Positions 49,094-62,833 of a stretch of 64,000 nt of DNA are shown piece after piece. This DNA is from the human T2T-CHM13v2.0 reference genome, Homo sapiens: NCBI RefSeq assembly GCF_009914755.1, contig NC_060930.1; one strand, written 5' to 3'. A program made the position numbers and the translations under genes. The notes beneath the pieces were generated by a model. That model saw nothing but the letters and a program-made list of their open reading frames with translations, made no database searches and had not been told where the DNA came from. How positions within the stretch are numbered: position 1 is the first letter of the stretch; each line of letters opens with the position of its first letter.

Positions 49094-49465
49094 TAATATG
49101 GTTAGGCTTTATGTCCCCATACAAATTTCATGTTGAATTGTAATCCCCATAATCCCCAGGTGTTGAGGGAGGAAACTTGTGGGAGGTGACTGGATCACAG
49201 GGGCTGTTTCCCCCATACTGTTCTAGTGATAGTGATTGAGTTCTCAGGAGGTCTGATAGTTTTATAAGTGTTTGGCAAGTTCCTCCTGCACATATTTCTC
49301 TCTCCTGCCACCATGTGAAGTAGGTCCTTGCTTCCCCTTCACCTTCTGCCAAGTTGCCTGAGGCCTCCAGCCATGTGGAACTGTGAGCCAATTGAACCTC
49401 CTTTGTTTATAAATTACCCAGTCTCAGGTAGTATTTTTATAGCAGTGTGAGAACTGACTAATACA
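49094..49465 (+). mobile_element. THE1D-like MaLR solo LTR
   Basis: taatatggttaggcttt...gactaataca; 5-bp TSD AGGTG at 49089-93 and 49466-70. Confidence 0.85.
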
Positions 49466-50311
49466 AGGTGGGAGCGCTCTTGGAGGAAGGCAGAGTAGAA
49501 GTGTTCAATACACTCAAAGAACAAACAGACCTGCAGACAAAATTGCTAAATTTATATTTTCCAAGTTTCTTACAATCTCAAAGGAACTTTAAGGCTCTGA
49601 GAACATGTATTAGTAATCAAGAGAATCTGTAAGAAACAGAAAATCTGTCAGAAATTTTAGATTTAAATTATAGCTGTTTTTATCATTTCCTTTTAGTGTC
49701 ATAATCATAAATGTAAGAAAATGAGGACGTAACTTACAAGAAGGATAGATGTTGAATAGTTTGAAGACAGTTGCCAAATTTCTTACGCTCATATACTTTT
49801 TTAAAATCCAAAACTATTTGTAAGGCTGGCAAAAAACAGTGTGGTAAAGGTAAAAAAAAATTGTTTTCCTATTTACCACTTAAAACCTGAGTTTCGCATC
49901 AGCTATGTTTTAAGTCAAGCTTTTATAAAAATAAGTTTTGTTCCCTAGCCAACTCTTAATTTTTCCGGGATTTAAAATATGTGTAATACATGACACTATC
50001 AGTGTTCAATTTGCTCAGTGTGATAATTGTATTGTGCTTAGACATGTGCTAAAGATTTTACAGGTAAAGAATCATGTTGTCTAGAACTTCCTGTCATTGT
50101 TCAGCAAAAATTTAAAAAGTAGGTGTGTGGGTAACGGGTCTAGGAAGAGCAAAATGTTAATGACTAATGAATCTATGTGAAGGGTAAACAGTGATCATTG
50201 TATTATTCTTGTAACTTTAAGTTTGAAAGTTGTCAAAATAAAAAGTTGGAGAGAAATTACACTACTACCTGGCCCATAGTAAGTATATATATTTTTTCTT
50301 TTTAAAGAAAA

Positions 50312-51397
50312 TTTGCTATGCAGAAGCTCTTCAGTTTAATTAGGTCCCACTTGTCAACAGAGTAAACAGACAACCTACAGAACAAGAGAAAATAACTGTA
50401 TCTGACAAAGACCTAATATCCAGAATCTATAAGGAACCTAAATCAACAAGCAAAAAACAAATAACCACATTAAAAAATGGGCAAAGGACATTAACAGACA
50501 CTTCTCAATAAAAGACATACAAGCAGCCAACAAATGCTCATCATCACTAATCATCAGAGAAACACAAATCAAAACCACAATGAGATACCACTTCACACCA
50601 GCCAGAATGGCTACTGCTAAAAAGTCAAATAATAACAGATGTTGGCTCAGCCGCAGAAAACAGGGAACATTTATATACTGTTGGTGGGAACGTAAATTAG
50701 TCCAGCCACTATGAAAAGTAGTTTAGAGATTTCTCAAAGAGCTTAAGACAGAGTTACCATTTGACCCAGCAATCCTATCACTAGGTATATACCCCCTACA
50801 AAATCAATCATTCTACCAAAAAGACATATGGACTCACATGTTCATCACAGCACTATTCACAACAGGAAAGACACAGAATCAACCTAAGTGCCCATCAACA
50901 GTGGACTGGATAACAAAAATGCAGTACATATGTACCATGGAACACTACGTAGCCATAAAAAGAAGAAATTGTTCTGTTTCCTGAATTGAGTCCATAGTAA
51001 TATTTTTCTTACAACTTACTACATAACAGCTGTCATTTTACAGTTAAAGAACCATTAGAATGTTTTAATTAATCATGACTATATGATGTCCTTTGCAACA
51101 ATATGAATGCAGCTGGAGGCCATTATCCTAAGCGAATTAACGTAGAAAACCAAATACCTCGTGTTCTCACTTGTAAGTGAGAGCTAAACATTGGGTACAC
51201 ACAGACACAAAGATGGAAACAACAGACACTAGGGATTCCAAAAGGGGAGCGAGAGGGAGTAGGGAAAGGGCTAAAAAACTACCTGTCAAGAACTATGTTC
51301 ATCACTTGGGTGACAGAATCCATATCCCAAACCTTGGCATCAAACAATATACTCATGCAACAAACCTGCACGTGTACCTCCTATATGCAAAATAAAA
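50312..51397 (+). mobile_element. 5'-truncated L1PB1/L1PA17-like element with a short 5' inversion and a non-L1 insert
   Basis: ORF2 end and 3'UTR; 50312-50355 reversed; 50971-51085 is not L1. Confidence 0.85.
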
Positions 51398-51643
51398 GAA
51401 GAAAGTTGTGTATTCTAAGTAGTTTTAACTTTTACCAAAAACTGCCATACCCAAACACTGCCCTCCTATTTAGATCACTTACGTTTTTTCATAATATGCC
51501 ATATCTAAAATCTATTTAACAGAGTAATATCAGTAAATTATATAACAGACCAAAACATATTTTAAAATGTAATTACATTAAAAACATTTGCTAACCAATG
51601 AATATTTCCTTTAAATTACAATGACCACTGCATACTTTCTTAC

Positions 51644-51764
51644 CTTGAAGAGCCTGAAACCTATGATCATTTGAAGAATTAAGAAATCTATCCACAATTG
51701 TAATTCTGTTCTGGAGGAGTTTCTCAATAAGTTCAAGTCCTTCAGGTCCCAGCAGTTCAAATAG
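51644..51764 (-). CDS. ASCC3: ASCC3 coding exon (likely exon 5), 121 nt, phase 0 to 1: LFELLGPEGLELIEKLLQNRITIVDRFLNSSNDHRFQALQ-G
   Basis: Acceptor ttttttctctttttataag|CTA, donor CAAG|gtaaga; overlaps ORF 51591..51794; joins next exon as G|AC (Asp). Confidence 0.95.
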
Positions 51765-53324
51765 CTTATAAAAAGAGAAAAAAGTAACAAACATCTGTTA
51801 TCTCAAAGTTTAACTTTTTCAAGTTATTAACAACCTATTCAACAGAGGTGTAAAGCCAAACTAATATAGAAATACTCAAAAAATTTAATAAAAATGGTAC
51901 CTTAAACTAAGAAAAATGACTCTTCACATTGCCAAGAAGCTTTATAAAGTCTTTCTGCAATTACATAATTAAAAAACATTATTCAATTTTTAAAAATTAC
52001 GATTTGAATATATAACTCCAAATCACAGAATAACAAATTCTTGGTATAACCAAATGAAATTCTAAAATAATTTAATTTGCTCTTCAACATATCATTCTGG
52101 TTTTCCCAAATAGAGTCCAGAGTACTATTTTTCTTACAACTACTATACAACAGTGTAATTTTTAGCGTTAAAGAACCATTAGAATGTTTTAATGAATCAT
52201 GACTTCGTGCCAATTTTTTACATGTATTTTAAATGCTAAATAAGTCTGAAATCTAAAACAAAGTGCTGCAAGTGCTTTACATAACTTTATGAAAATTTCC
52301 GAAGCATATCCCACTCTCCTATGCAGAGTAGTTACCAAAGATTAAGTTGATGTCAGAGTTAGAGAACCAGTGTTAGGATTCAGAGTTTCAACCACATAAT
52401 TGCACAATATAACTATTCTAGGAAGTCTCTAGGTTTCCGCGAGTATGATCTGGGAAGATACATATATATATTTCTTGTTTAGAAATATAATGCTCTAATT
52501 TTGCATATGAAGATGTCATATTAACCAAATTCTAACCATTCTCAGAGAATCCACACAAATAAAACCATAAAATAAAAATTTACTTTGTGTATATGGACAT
52601 TAAAAGTTTAATAAATATTTTCTTTTTGCTGTTCATTTTACTGAAGTTATGCACACAAAGGGACAACAAAAGAAACAAAATGAATTATTAAGAATAGTCC
52701 TGTCCAATCAATTTTAATTCTATTGGCCAGTACTTTTTATTGAACACATTATATGCCAGGTACTATGATAGGCATTTTGCTAATCCTATCAAGCAAATCC
52801 TCCTAATACTACTTTCAAATTAAGGTATTATTATTGTTATTTTTGGACTTAAGAAAATAAAGCTTTAGAAAATTTACACAAATTGGCCAAAGTTACAACT
52901 AATAGTAGTGTTTTCTAAAATGACATCTATCTGAATCCAAGCCTAAAGAACTCTCCACTGCACTATATTAACACTGTTGAATATTTTCCAGAAAACTGTG
53001 ACCCTGAAATGAATATGCAATATATTGTAATAAAAAAGATACCAAATTCGGTAATATAAAAGACATTAATTGAAGTTAAGAAACTTGTACAGGGAAACAG
53101 CAGAGGAAGCAGTAAAGAAGCAAGATAACAGGAAAATGGTCAAGAAATATGAAAGTAAATATATAACTTGTGACACCCACCCTCCCTCCCCTCAAAAAAA
53201 AGATATTAATAATATGTGGCAGAAAGGGTTTAGGACAGACAAGGATAAAGGATGCTGGTAGACAAGACATAATGTCTGTGTTCCCTTACCCTCCATACTT
53301 CCGCAAAGAATTATCCATCAACAA

Positions 53325-55578
53325 AGTATGACATATGGAGTCCTAGAAGTCCCGGACACTTAGGGGGCCCACATGGTCAAAATTATTTTCATGATAATAC
53401 TTAGCTATTATTTGCCTTTCTCATTCTGGTGACATTTGTACTGATGGTGCAAAAGCAATGGTGGGTAAAACTGCTGGTGCCTTAGCATAAATCAAGCTAA
53501 TAGTGTCAAATAAATTAGTAATGATTGTATTCTTCACTGTCATACAAGCACAAATACAAACAACAACAACACAAAGCCAACTTCACTTAAGAATGTCCGT
53601 AAGTAATGCAATAAAAATTATCAGTTTTGTAAATTTCATATCATGAGTATGTATCTTTTTTAATATTCTGTGTGACAAAAGGGGAAGTATGTATAAAATT
53701 ACTCCTACTATATATAGAATAAATGTTATGTATAAAAGTATTTTGTAAAAATTTTATAAAAGTATGTATAAAATTGCTAGTGAAGAGGCTTTCTATGTAA
53801 CATCATTTTGATTTGAAATAAAGGCTAAAAACAAATTGATTATTCAGATTAGGGTATCTGACAAACATTTTCTCAAAAATGAAAGTGAGCCTCCTACACA
53901 AAGGAAAACAACTGAATGTATTTGTTGCCAATGCTAAAATGCAAGGTTTCAAGAGAAAATTAGAATTTTGAAAAACTGTATCCACCACTGTAAATTTGAC
54001 CATTTCCCAATACTTAAGACTTTTCTGATGATACCAGTGATAATATTAATGAATGAATTCTTTTTCTATTATATAATCAAATGCGTCAACATTCAGAAGA
54101 TTTGCATAACTCACTCAATCAATTATTTTCCAAAAGACTCATATATGATGTTATAAAATTATACATGGGTAAAAAAAATCCATTAAAAATGAGACCAATA
54201 GATTTTCACAAAACCTAGCATAAAAATTCATTGATATGCCAGATTTTCATTGTAACTAAACTGCAAGAAACTACTGCTTGTCAAGTTTTAATTTAGTATC
54301 AAAAAAGAATATTAAAAATTATTTGAAAACGCTTTTAAAATATTATTCTCTTTTCTAACTGTGTATCTATGTGAGCCTGGATTCCCTTTGTAGGCTTAAA
54401 CCAAAAATATATATCATAGCAGATTGATTACAGAAGCAGGTATGAGAATCTGCTTTCTATTAAACCAGATATTAAAAAGATTGCAAAAATGTAAAATAAT
54501 GATACTTTTCTTTCTATATTTTACAGTTTTGGAAAATATAGTTAATTTTCATCAAACTGCTAACTTCTATTATTATTGTTATTTTAAAATGAATAAATAT
54601 ATGTAGTCATGTGTCACTTAACAACACATATCCTGAGAAATGCACCACTAGGTGATTTTGTGGGAACATCATAGAGTGTAATTACACAAACCTAGATGAG
54701 GCAGTATACTACACAGCTAGACTATATGGTGTAGCCTATTTATCTTAGGCTACCAACCTGTACACCATGCTACTATACTGAATACTGGAGTCCACTGACA
54801 TGCAATGGTAAGTATTGGTGTATCTAACCATATGTAAACACGGACAAGATACAGTAAAAACTACTGTACAAAAGATAAAAAATGGTATAACTGTATACTT
54901 GAAAGAGCACTTACTATGAACGGAGCCTGCAGGATTGGAAATTACTCTAGTTGAGTCAGTGAGTGAGTAATGAGTGAATGTGAAGGCCTAGGATGTTAAT
55001 GTACTACCGTAGACTTTATAAACACTATTCACTTTGGCTACACTACATTTATTTTTTCAAAAAAAAAAATAGTATTCACTAGTAAGTTGGCCTTAGCTTA
55101 CTGTAACTTTTTACTTCATAAACTTTACATTTAACTGTTTGACTCTTTTATAACAATACCTAGCTTAAAACACAAACACACTGTACAGCTGTACAAAAAT
55201 ATTGTCTGTCTTTAGAACCTTATTCTATAAGCTTTTTTCTATTTTTAAAATTTTTATTTTTTCAACTTGTTAATTAAAACTTCACACAAAAAAACACATT
55301 AGCTTAGGCCTACATAAAGTCAGGATCATCAAGATGTCACTGGTGATAGAAATTTTTCAGTTCTATTATAATCTTACAGCATCACTGTTGTATATAGTCC
55401 GTCACTGACCAAAACATCCTTATGCAGCACATGACTGTACTTGAAGAGTTTCTCAGTTTTAGTTTCTGGTATAGTGAATACCAATAGACATAAACCACAT
55501 AAACAAAATCTTGTAGAGTACTCAATAACTTTTAAGAGCATAAAGAGGTTCTGAGATCATAAATTTTGATAACTGATG
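53325..55578. mobile_element. Charlie1-family (hAT) element interrupted by Tigger3
   Basis: gacatttgtactgatggtgcaaaagcaatggtgggtaaaactgctggtgcc; terminal ...aaccacataaacaaaa...ctgagatcataaattttgataactg. Confidence 0.75.
54604..55437. mobile_element. Tigger3 (MER7)-like Tc1/mariner-pogo element
   Basis: TIRs tagtcatgtgtcacttaac / ttatgcagcacatgactg, the latter followed by TA. Confidence 0.8.
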
Positions 55579-58532
55579 GCCAAGATTACTATAAAACATT
55601 TTTAAATGGTCACACTCTACTTACTTTATACCCACATTTCTATAGCTTTTTCATGCCATAGCACATTTGGAAAGTCATAATATTTGTAAAGTATATGAAG
55701 TAAATGGATGAGGCTACTCTGAACAAAAAAGACTAATTAAAAGCCCAAGTGATCCTTGGCCCAGACAACTTCCTTGAGAGTTAGTTAATAAGAATAGTAT
55801 CCCAGCCCACCTACAACCCATTATGTCATATGCCCTGGTACACCAGAAGGAAACCTCTACTATACTAACACGCAAATCTGTTCACGTAATACCATGGTTT
55901 AAAATCCTTCATAGTATCCTGATCCTTACAAGATAAAATCCAAACTTCTAAGTACGCCCACATGATTGATACCTTCTATTGCTGGTCCCAATAAGCCAGT
56001 CTGGCATCACATTCTTGCTTTCCCCAACTCATAAGTCCTTATCATTGAATGACACCAATCCATCTGCTACTCTGAAGGCATGCTCTTTCACATGTCCATG
56101 TGTCTCTACATGCTGGTCTTACTAGGCAGAATGACCTTTCTAATCTCCTCAGCACAGTAACCTCTCCTTTCAGCCTTCAAAATCTAGCTCAAATAATAAC
56201 TCTTCTCCACGGCTTTCTCTATCTTTACTATGTTTTATGGCAGTTAAACAGCATACAAAGATTTCTCATTACTCTATGTCCTCCTTCAAGGAAACTTTAC
56301 TCTTTGTTTCTCCAAGAGTTAAAATAGTGCAAGACAAATGGCAAGTGCTAATTAATTAAGATGTATCAAAGACATGTTGTATTCGTAACAGTATTTTCTT
56401 TCAAATTTTTAACCCTTAAATAAGTGTCATATTTTTTCAAAGGGAATCATTAGAAGCATATGTTTTGTTTACTAGATTAAACTCTTTCTAAATAAAAGTA
56501 AATATTGTCTATATACAAAATCTCAAAACAGAAAGAATCCTAAGTAGGTTGCTTTTGACAACATAAAAAAGTCTTTTGGCAAACTCCAACCAACACAGGA
56601 TGAAGATTAAGTTTTTGATCTTGTGTTGTTGTTGCTGTTTAATCTCCTTCAATTGCTAGTAGTTGCAAACACTTTAAGGCCCTCCTACAACCTCAAAAAT
56701 GGTTAACATAACAAGTATAAGAGATGACACTAAATCTACATTAAGATTCCTAAAAAGCTGATAAGAAGTATTGACAGATCTGTGAAAAAATAAAAGCAAG
56801 TAAATAGTCTAGACAAAATAATAAACACAAGATCCACGTTTAATCCTCCTTTCTTATATCCTTCAGGCATGTGTAAAAGTACTGAAGATGTGGCCGGGCG
56901 GGGTGGCAAGAGGAGGATTTTTGTCCATGTTTACCCCCCGCCCATACTAAAGTCACCTAGAAACAGTGTCCAACAACGTAAATATTTCTGGAGTTGAATC
57001 AAAAAATCACATAAGTGATGACCACAATGGAAATGAATGATAGGCCCATTTGTCCAACTCCAGTTTTTCCACAATCTTGCACAGTCCTGCTCTTACAAGT
57101 ATTAACTCTGTATTTAAAATAACATATATTAATTTTTATAAATGTTAACATTAAAGTGCTAAATTATAGCTCCGATAAGATCAAATATAGAAAAAAAACA
57201 CAACTAAAGTTATCACCTCCTTTCTCAAATATTTCTCCCTTCATCACCAATTCTGTTAATAATACAACAATCCCTCAGTGAAATTCAAGTTCAAAATATT
57301 CTGATCAGAATTTATTCTTTATTCTAGTTACACTTAATATCAAATCATACTATAAGTGAAGTGATTGTTCTTATCAGAAAAGTAGAGAAACTTAAAAATA
57401 TACAAAGGACAGTTTATAGAATGAAATTACAAATAGTCCTTACATATATCAAAACACAGTAAAAAACACTCTTTTGTCTTTAACAAGAGAAAGAAAAAAC
57501 CTCGATATAAAAAAAAACCTTAAAATTACATTGATTTCTGTTAACCTTTCATATTGCCAAAAATTCAAACATTCAACAGGGCAAAAATTTGAAGCCTAAG
57601 TACTCTATGAAAAACATCTAAGATTGTGGTGAACAACAACTAGAAAAAAGAGTCATAGATTGAAGGACTAGGTTGTATAGGAGGAGAGAACTGAGTAAAG
57701 AGACAACAGAGAGGAGCCCATTGGGTTCAGGATAAATGTCAACACTGACCTCTAAAATCATTCTTTCAAAGGGGCCACAGAGTTATTGGATTAGTTTGTA
57801 GAGAAATTTATGTCCCCACAAAATGTTGCAAACGAGACAGTAATAAGCTTGAGATTGATAGTTTCAAAGCTAGTTATAATCAGTAAAAGGAGAAAGAGCC
57901 CTGCCAAAACCATACCAGGGTAACTGTGGACATACCCAAAGATGCATCTCCGTAACAAACAACATCAGAAGCTTAATACTGTGAAGTGAGAGGGGATGAA
58001 ATCATCTCCACTAAAATAATTTAGCAAAGTGATTTAAAAAGAAAAATAAGCAAGCAGGCAACAATAACTAGCCCCAGTGGAAACATGGGACAAATATCCA
58101 GCGTATCCACAATATATTAACTAAAATGTTCATTTTCTAATGAAAAATTATAAGGCATGTAAAGAAATGGAGAAGTATGATCCATATACTAGAGGGAAAA
58201 AAGCAAGCAACAGAAATTGCCTGTGAAGGTAACCACATGTCAAATATAATAGAAAAATACTTCAAAGTAGGCATTGTAAATATGTTCAAAGAACTAAAGA
58301 GAACCGTGATTAAAGAATTAAACAATGACCAAAGAAATAAACACAAGTCCAAATGAAATAGGAAACTGAGATAGCACTTTAAAAAAAAAAAGAAAATTAT
58401 GAAATTATACACTACAGTAACTGCAATTAAATATTAACTAGAAGGATTCAATAGTAGAGTCAAACTGTCAGAAGAAATAATCAGCAAACTGGAAGACAGA
58501 TGGATATTATGACATTTGAAGAACAAAAACAA

Positions 58533-58870
58533 GGCCAGGAATGGCGGCTCCTACCTGTGATCCCATCACTTTGAGAAGCTGAGGAGGGAGGATTGCTTGA
58601 GGCCAGTAGTTAGAGACCAGCCTGGGCAACATAGCAAGACTCCGTCTCTCCAAAAAATAAAAGAATTAGCCAGGTGTGGTGGTGCATGCCTGTAGTCTCA
58701 GCTACTCGGAAAGCTGAGGTGTGAGGAATCCTTGAACCCAGGAGTTCAAGGCTGCCATGAGCTATGATCACACCACTGCTCTCCAGCCTGGGCAAGAGAG
58801 CAACACTCTGTCTCAAAATTGAATGGATGGATGGATGGATGGACAGACAGATAGAAAGACAGATAGATGA
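58533..58870 (+). mobile_element. AluJ with a (GGAT)n/(GACA) microsatellite tail
   Basis: Dimer followed by gaatggatggatggatggatggacagacagatag. Confidence 0.88.
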
Positions 58871-59057
58871 AGAAAAAAATGAAGAAAAATTAAGAGAATC
58901 AGAAAAAGGTGAAACACCATTAAGTGCACCAACATACACATAATAAGCATACCCAAAGGAAAGAAAAGAGCAAAAAAATTTTGAAAAAACAATAGTTTAA
59001 ATCTTCTGAAATTTATTGAAAAACACACATCCAGGAAGCTTAACAAATTCCAAGTAT

Positions 59058-59378
<321 letters not shown>

Positions 59379-59701
59379 CTAAGAGATTTTGTTGATAGCT
59401 GACTTACCTTACAAGACACCTTAAAGGAAGTTTTTCAGGCTGAAAGCAAGTAACTTCAGATGATAATTCAAATTCACAAATTACTTTACCCATTATACAG
59501 GGCGTCTGTGTTTGTGTGTGCGTGTATGTGTGTTTGTGTATAAGCAAAGTACCAACATATACTAATTGAAACTGAAAAGGAATACAGAATGGAGAGATGA
59601 AAGATAAATAAATAATTCAACAATAACAGTCGGAGGGTGCAATATCACACTTTCAATACTGGATATAAAACCAAGCAGAAGATTACTAAGAAAATACAAG
59701 A

Positions 59702-62700
59702 ATTTTTATCAGCTTAAGGAGCTTTGGGGCCACAACTATGGGGTTTTCTGGATATAAAATCGTGTTGTCTGCAAACAGAGACAGACTGACTTCCTCTCTT
59801 CCTATTTTGATGCCTGATATTTCTTTCTCCTGACTGATTGCTCTGGGTAGGATGTCCAATACTAAGTTGAATAGGTGAGAGAGGACATCCTTGTCTTGTG
59901 CCACTTTTCAAGGGGAATGCTTCCAGATTTTGCCAATTCGGTATGATCTTGGCTGTGGATTTGTCATAGATGGCTCTTACTATTTTGAGGTATGTTCCTT
60001 CAATACCTAGTTTATAGAGGGTTTTTAACATTACAGGAGGTTAAATTTCATCAAAAGCCTTTTCTACATCTATTGAGGTAAGCATGTGGTTTTTGTCTTT
60101 AGTTCTGTTTTTGTGATGAATTACGTTTATTGATTTGCATATGCTGAACCAACCTTGCATCCCAGGGATAAAGCCTACTTGGTTATGATGGATACATTTT
60201 CTAATGTGTTGCTGGAATCAGTTTGCCAGTATTTTGTGGAGAATTTTTGCAATGTTTATCAAGGATATAGGCCTGAAGTTTTCTTTTTTGTTGTTGTTGT
60301 GTCTCAGCCAGGTTTTGGTATCAGGATGATGCTGGCCTCATAGAATTAGTTAGGGAGGAGTCCCTCCTCCCCATTTTCTTGGAATGGTTTCAATAGAAAT
60401 GGTACCAGCTCTTCTTCATACCTCTGGTAGAATTCAGCTGTGAAACCATCCAGTCCTGAGCTTTTTTTAGTTGTATGATATTTATCACTGATTGAATTTC
60501 AAAGCTCATTATTGGTCTGTCTAGGGAATCAATGTCTTCCTGGTTCAGTCTTAGGAAGGTATATGTGTCCAGGAATTTATCCTTTTCTTCTAAATTTTCT
60601 AGTTTATGTGCACAGAGGTGTTTATAGTATTCTCTGATGGTTGTTTGTATTTCTGTGGGGTCAGTGGTGATATTCCCCTTATTCTTAATTGTGTTTATTT
60701 GGATTTTCTCTCTTTTCTTCTTCATTAGTCTAGCTAGCAGTCTATTTTATTAATTTTTTTTCAAAAAATCAACTGGAATTCTTGATCATTTGAATAGTTT
60801 TTCATGTCTCAATCTCCTTCAGTTCAGCTCTGATTTTGATTATTTGTAGTATTCTCCTAGTTTTGGGGGTTGGTTTACTCTTGGTTCTCTAGTTCTTTTA
60901 GTTGTGATGTTAGGTTGTTAAATTGAGATCTTTCTAACTTTTTGATCAGGAAAGTCTCAGGATACAAAATAAACATACAAAAATAACTAGCATTCCTATA
61001 CACCAACAACAGTCAAGCCAAGAGACAAATCGGGAATGTAATCCCACTCATAATTGTCAGAAAAATAAAATATCTAGAAATACAGCTAATGAGGGAGGTA
61101 ACAGATCTCTACAAAAGGAACTACAAAACACTGCTCAAATAAATCAGAGATAACACAAACAAATGGAAAAACATTCCATGCTCATGGATTGGAAGAATCA
61201 ATATCGTTAAAATGGCCATACTGCCAAAACAATTTATAGATTCAATGCTATTCTTAGGAAAGTATGAATCACATTCTTCATAGAACTAAAAAAAAAAACT
61301 ATTCTAAAATTCACATAGAACCAAAAAAGAGCTCAGATAGCTAAGGCAATCCTATGCAGACAGAACAAAGCTGAAGATATCATGTTACCTGACTTCAAAC
61401 TACTACATGGCTACCATAACCAAAACAGCATGGTATTGGTACAAAAACTGATATATAGACAAATAGAACAGGTTAGAGAACCCAGAAATAGGCCCACAGA
61501 CCCACAAACATCTCATCTTTGACACAGCCAACAAAAACAAGGAATGGGGAAAAGACTCCATATTCAATAAATGGTGCTAGAATAACTGACTAGCCATAGG
61601 CAGAAGACTGAAGCTGGAAGATTGAATCTTCCTTACACCGTATAAAAAATTAACTCAAGATGGATTAAAGACTTAAATGTAAAACCTAAAACTATAAAAA
61701 TCCTGGAAGACAACCTAGACAATACTATTCTGAACATAAGAATGAGCAAAGATTTCATGATAAAAATGCCAAAAGCAATTGCAAAAATTGATAAATGGGA
61801 TCTAATTAAAAGAGCGAGCTTCTGTACAGCAAAAGAAACTATCAACAGGGTAAACAGATAACCTACAGAATGAGAGAAAATATTTGCAAACTATGCATCC
61901 AACAAAGGTCTAATATCCAATATCTACAAGGAACGTAAATTAACAAGCAAAAGACAAACAATCCCATTAGGAAGTGGGCAAAGGACATGAACAGACACTT
62001 TTCAAAACAAGATACACTGTGACCAAAAAGCATATGAAAAAAAGGTCAACATCACTGATCATTAGAGAAATGAAAATCAAAACCACAATGAGATACCATC
62101 TCACATCAGTCAGAATGGCTATTACTAAAAAGTCAAAAAATAACAGATGCTAGTGAGGTTACGGAGAAAAAGGCACACTTATACACTGCTGGTGGGACTG
62201 TAAATTAGTTCAACCATTTGTGGAAAGCAGTGTGGCAATTCCTTAAAGAGCTAAAAAAAAACTACCACTCGACCCAGCAATTCTACTACTGGGTATATAC
62301 CCAAAGGAATATAAATCATTCTATTATAAAGACACATGCACACATATGCTCACTGCAGCACTATTCACAATAGCAAAGATATGGAGTCAACCTAAATCCC
62401 ATCATTGGTAGACTGGACAATGAAAATGTGGTACATATACATTATGGAATACTATGCAGCCATAAAAAAAGAATGAGACTATCTTCTTTGCAGGAACATG
62501 GGTGAAAGCCATTATCTTTAGCAAACTAGCACACCAACAGAAAATCAAATATTGCATGTTCTCACTTATAAGTGGGAGCTAATTGATGAGAACAGATGAA
62601 CACATAGAGAGGAACAACAGATACTGGGGCCTACCTGAGGGTAGAGGGTGGGAGGAGAGAGAAAATCTGTAGAAATAACTAATAAGTTCCAGGCTTATAA

Positions 62701-62833
62701 CTTGGGTGATGAAATAATCCGTACAACAAACCCACATGACCTGAGTTTACCTATATAACAAACCTGCATATGTACTCCTGAACTTAAAATAAAAGTTAAG
62801 AAATATAAAAAAAGTTTTAAAAATTAAAAAAAA
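59702..62833 (+). mobile_element. L1PA13-16-like element with a twin-priming 5' inversion (59702-60945 minus, 60946-62833 plus)
   Basis: Minus-strand ORF2 peptides 59686-60725 ([17 protein letters not shown]); plus-strand ORF2 end, 3'UTR and poly-A; degenerate TSD aagaaaatacaaga/aagaaatatagga. Confidence 0.9.
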
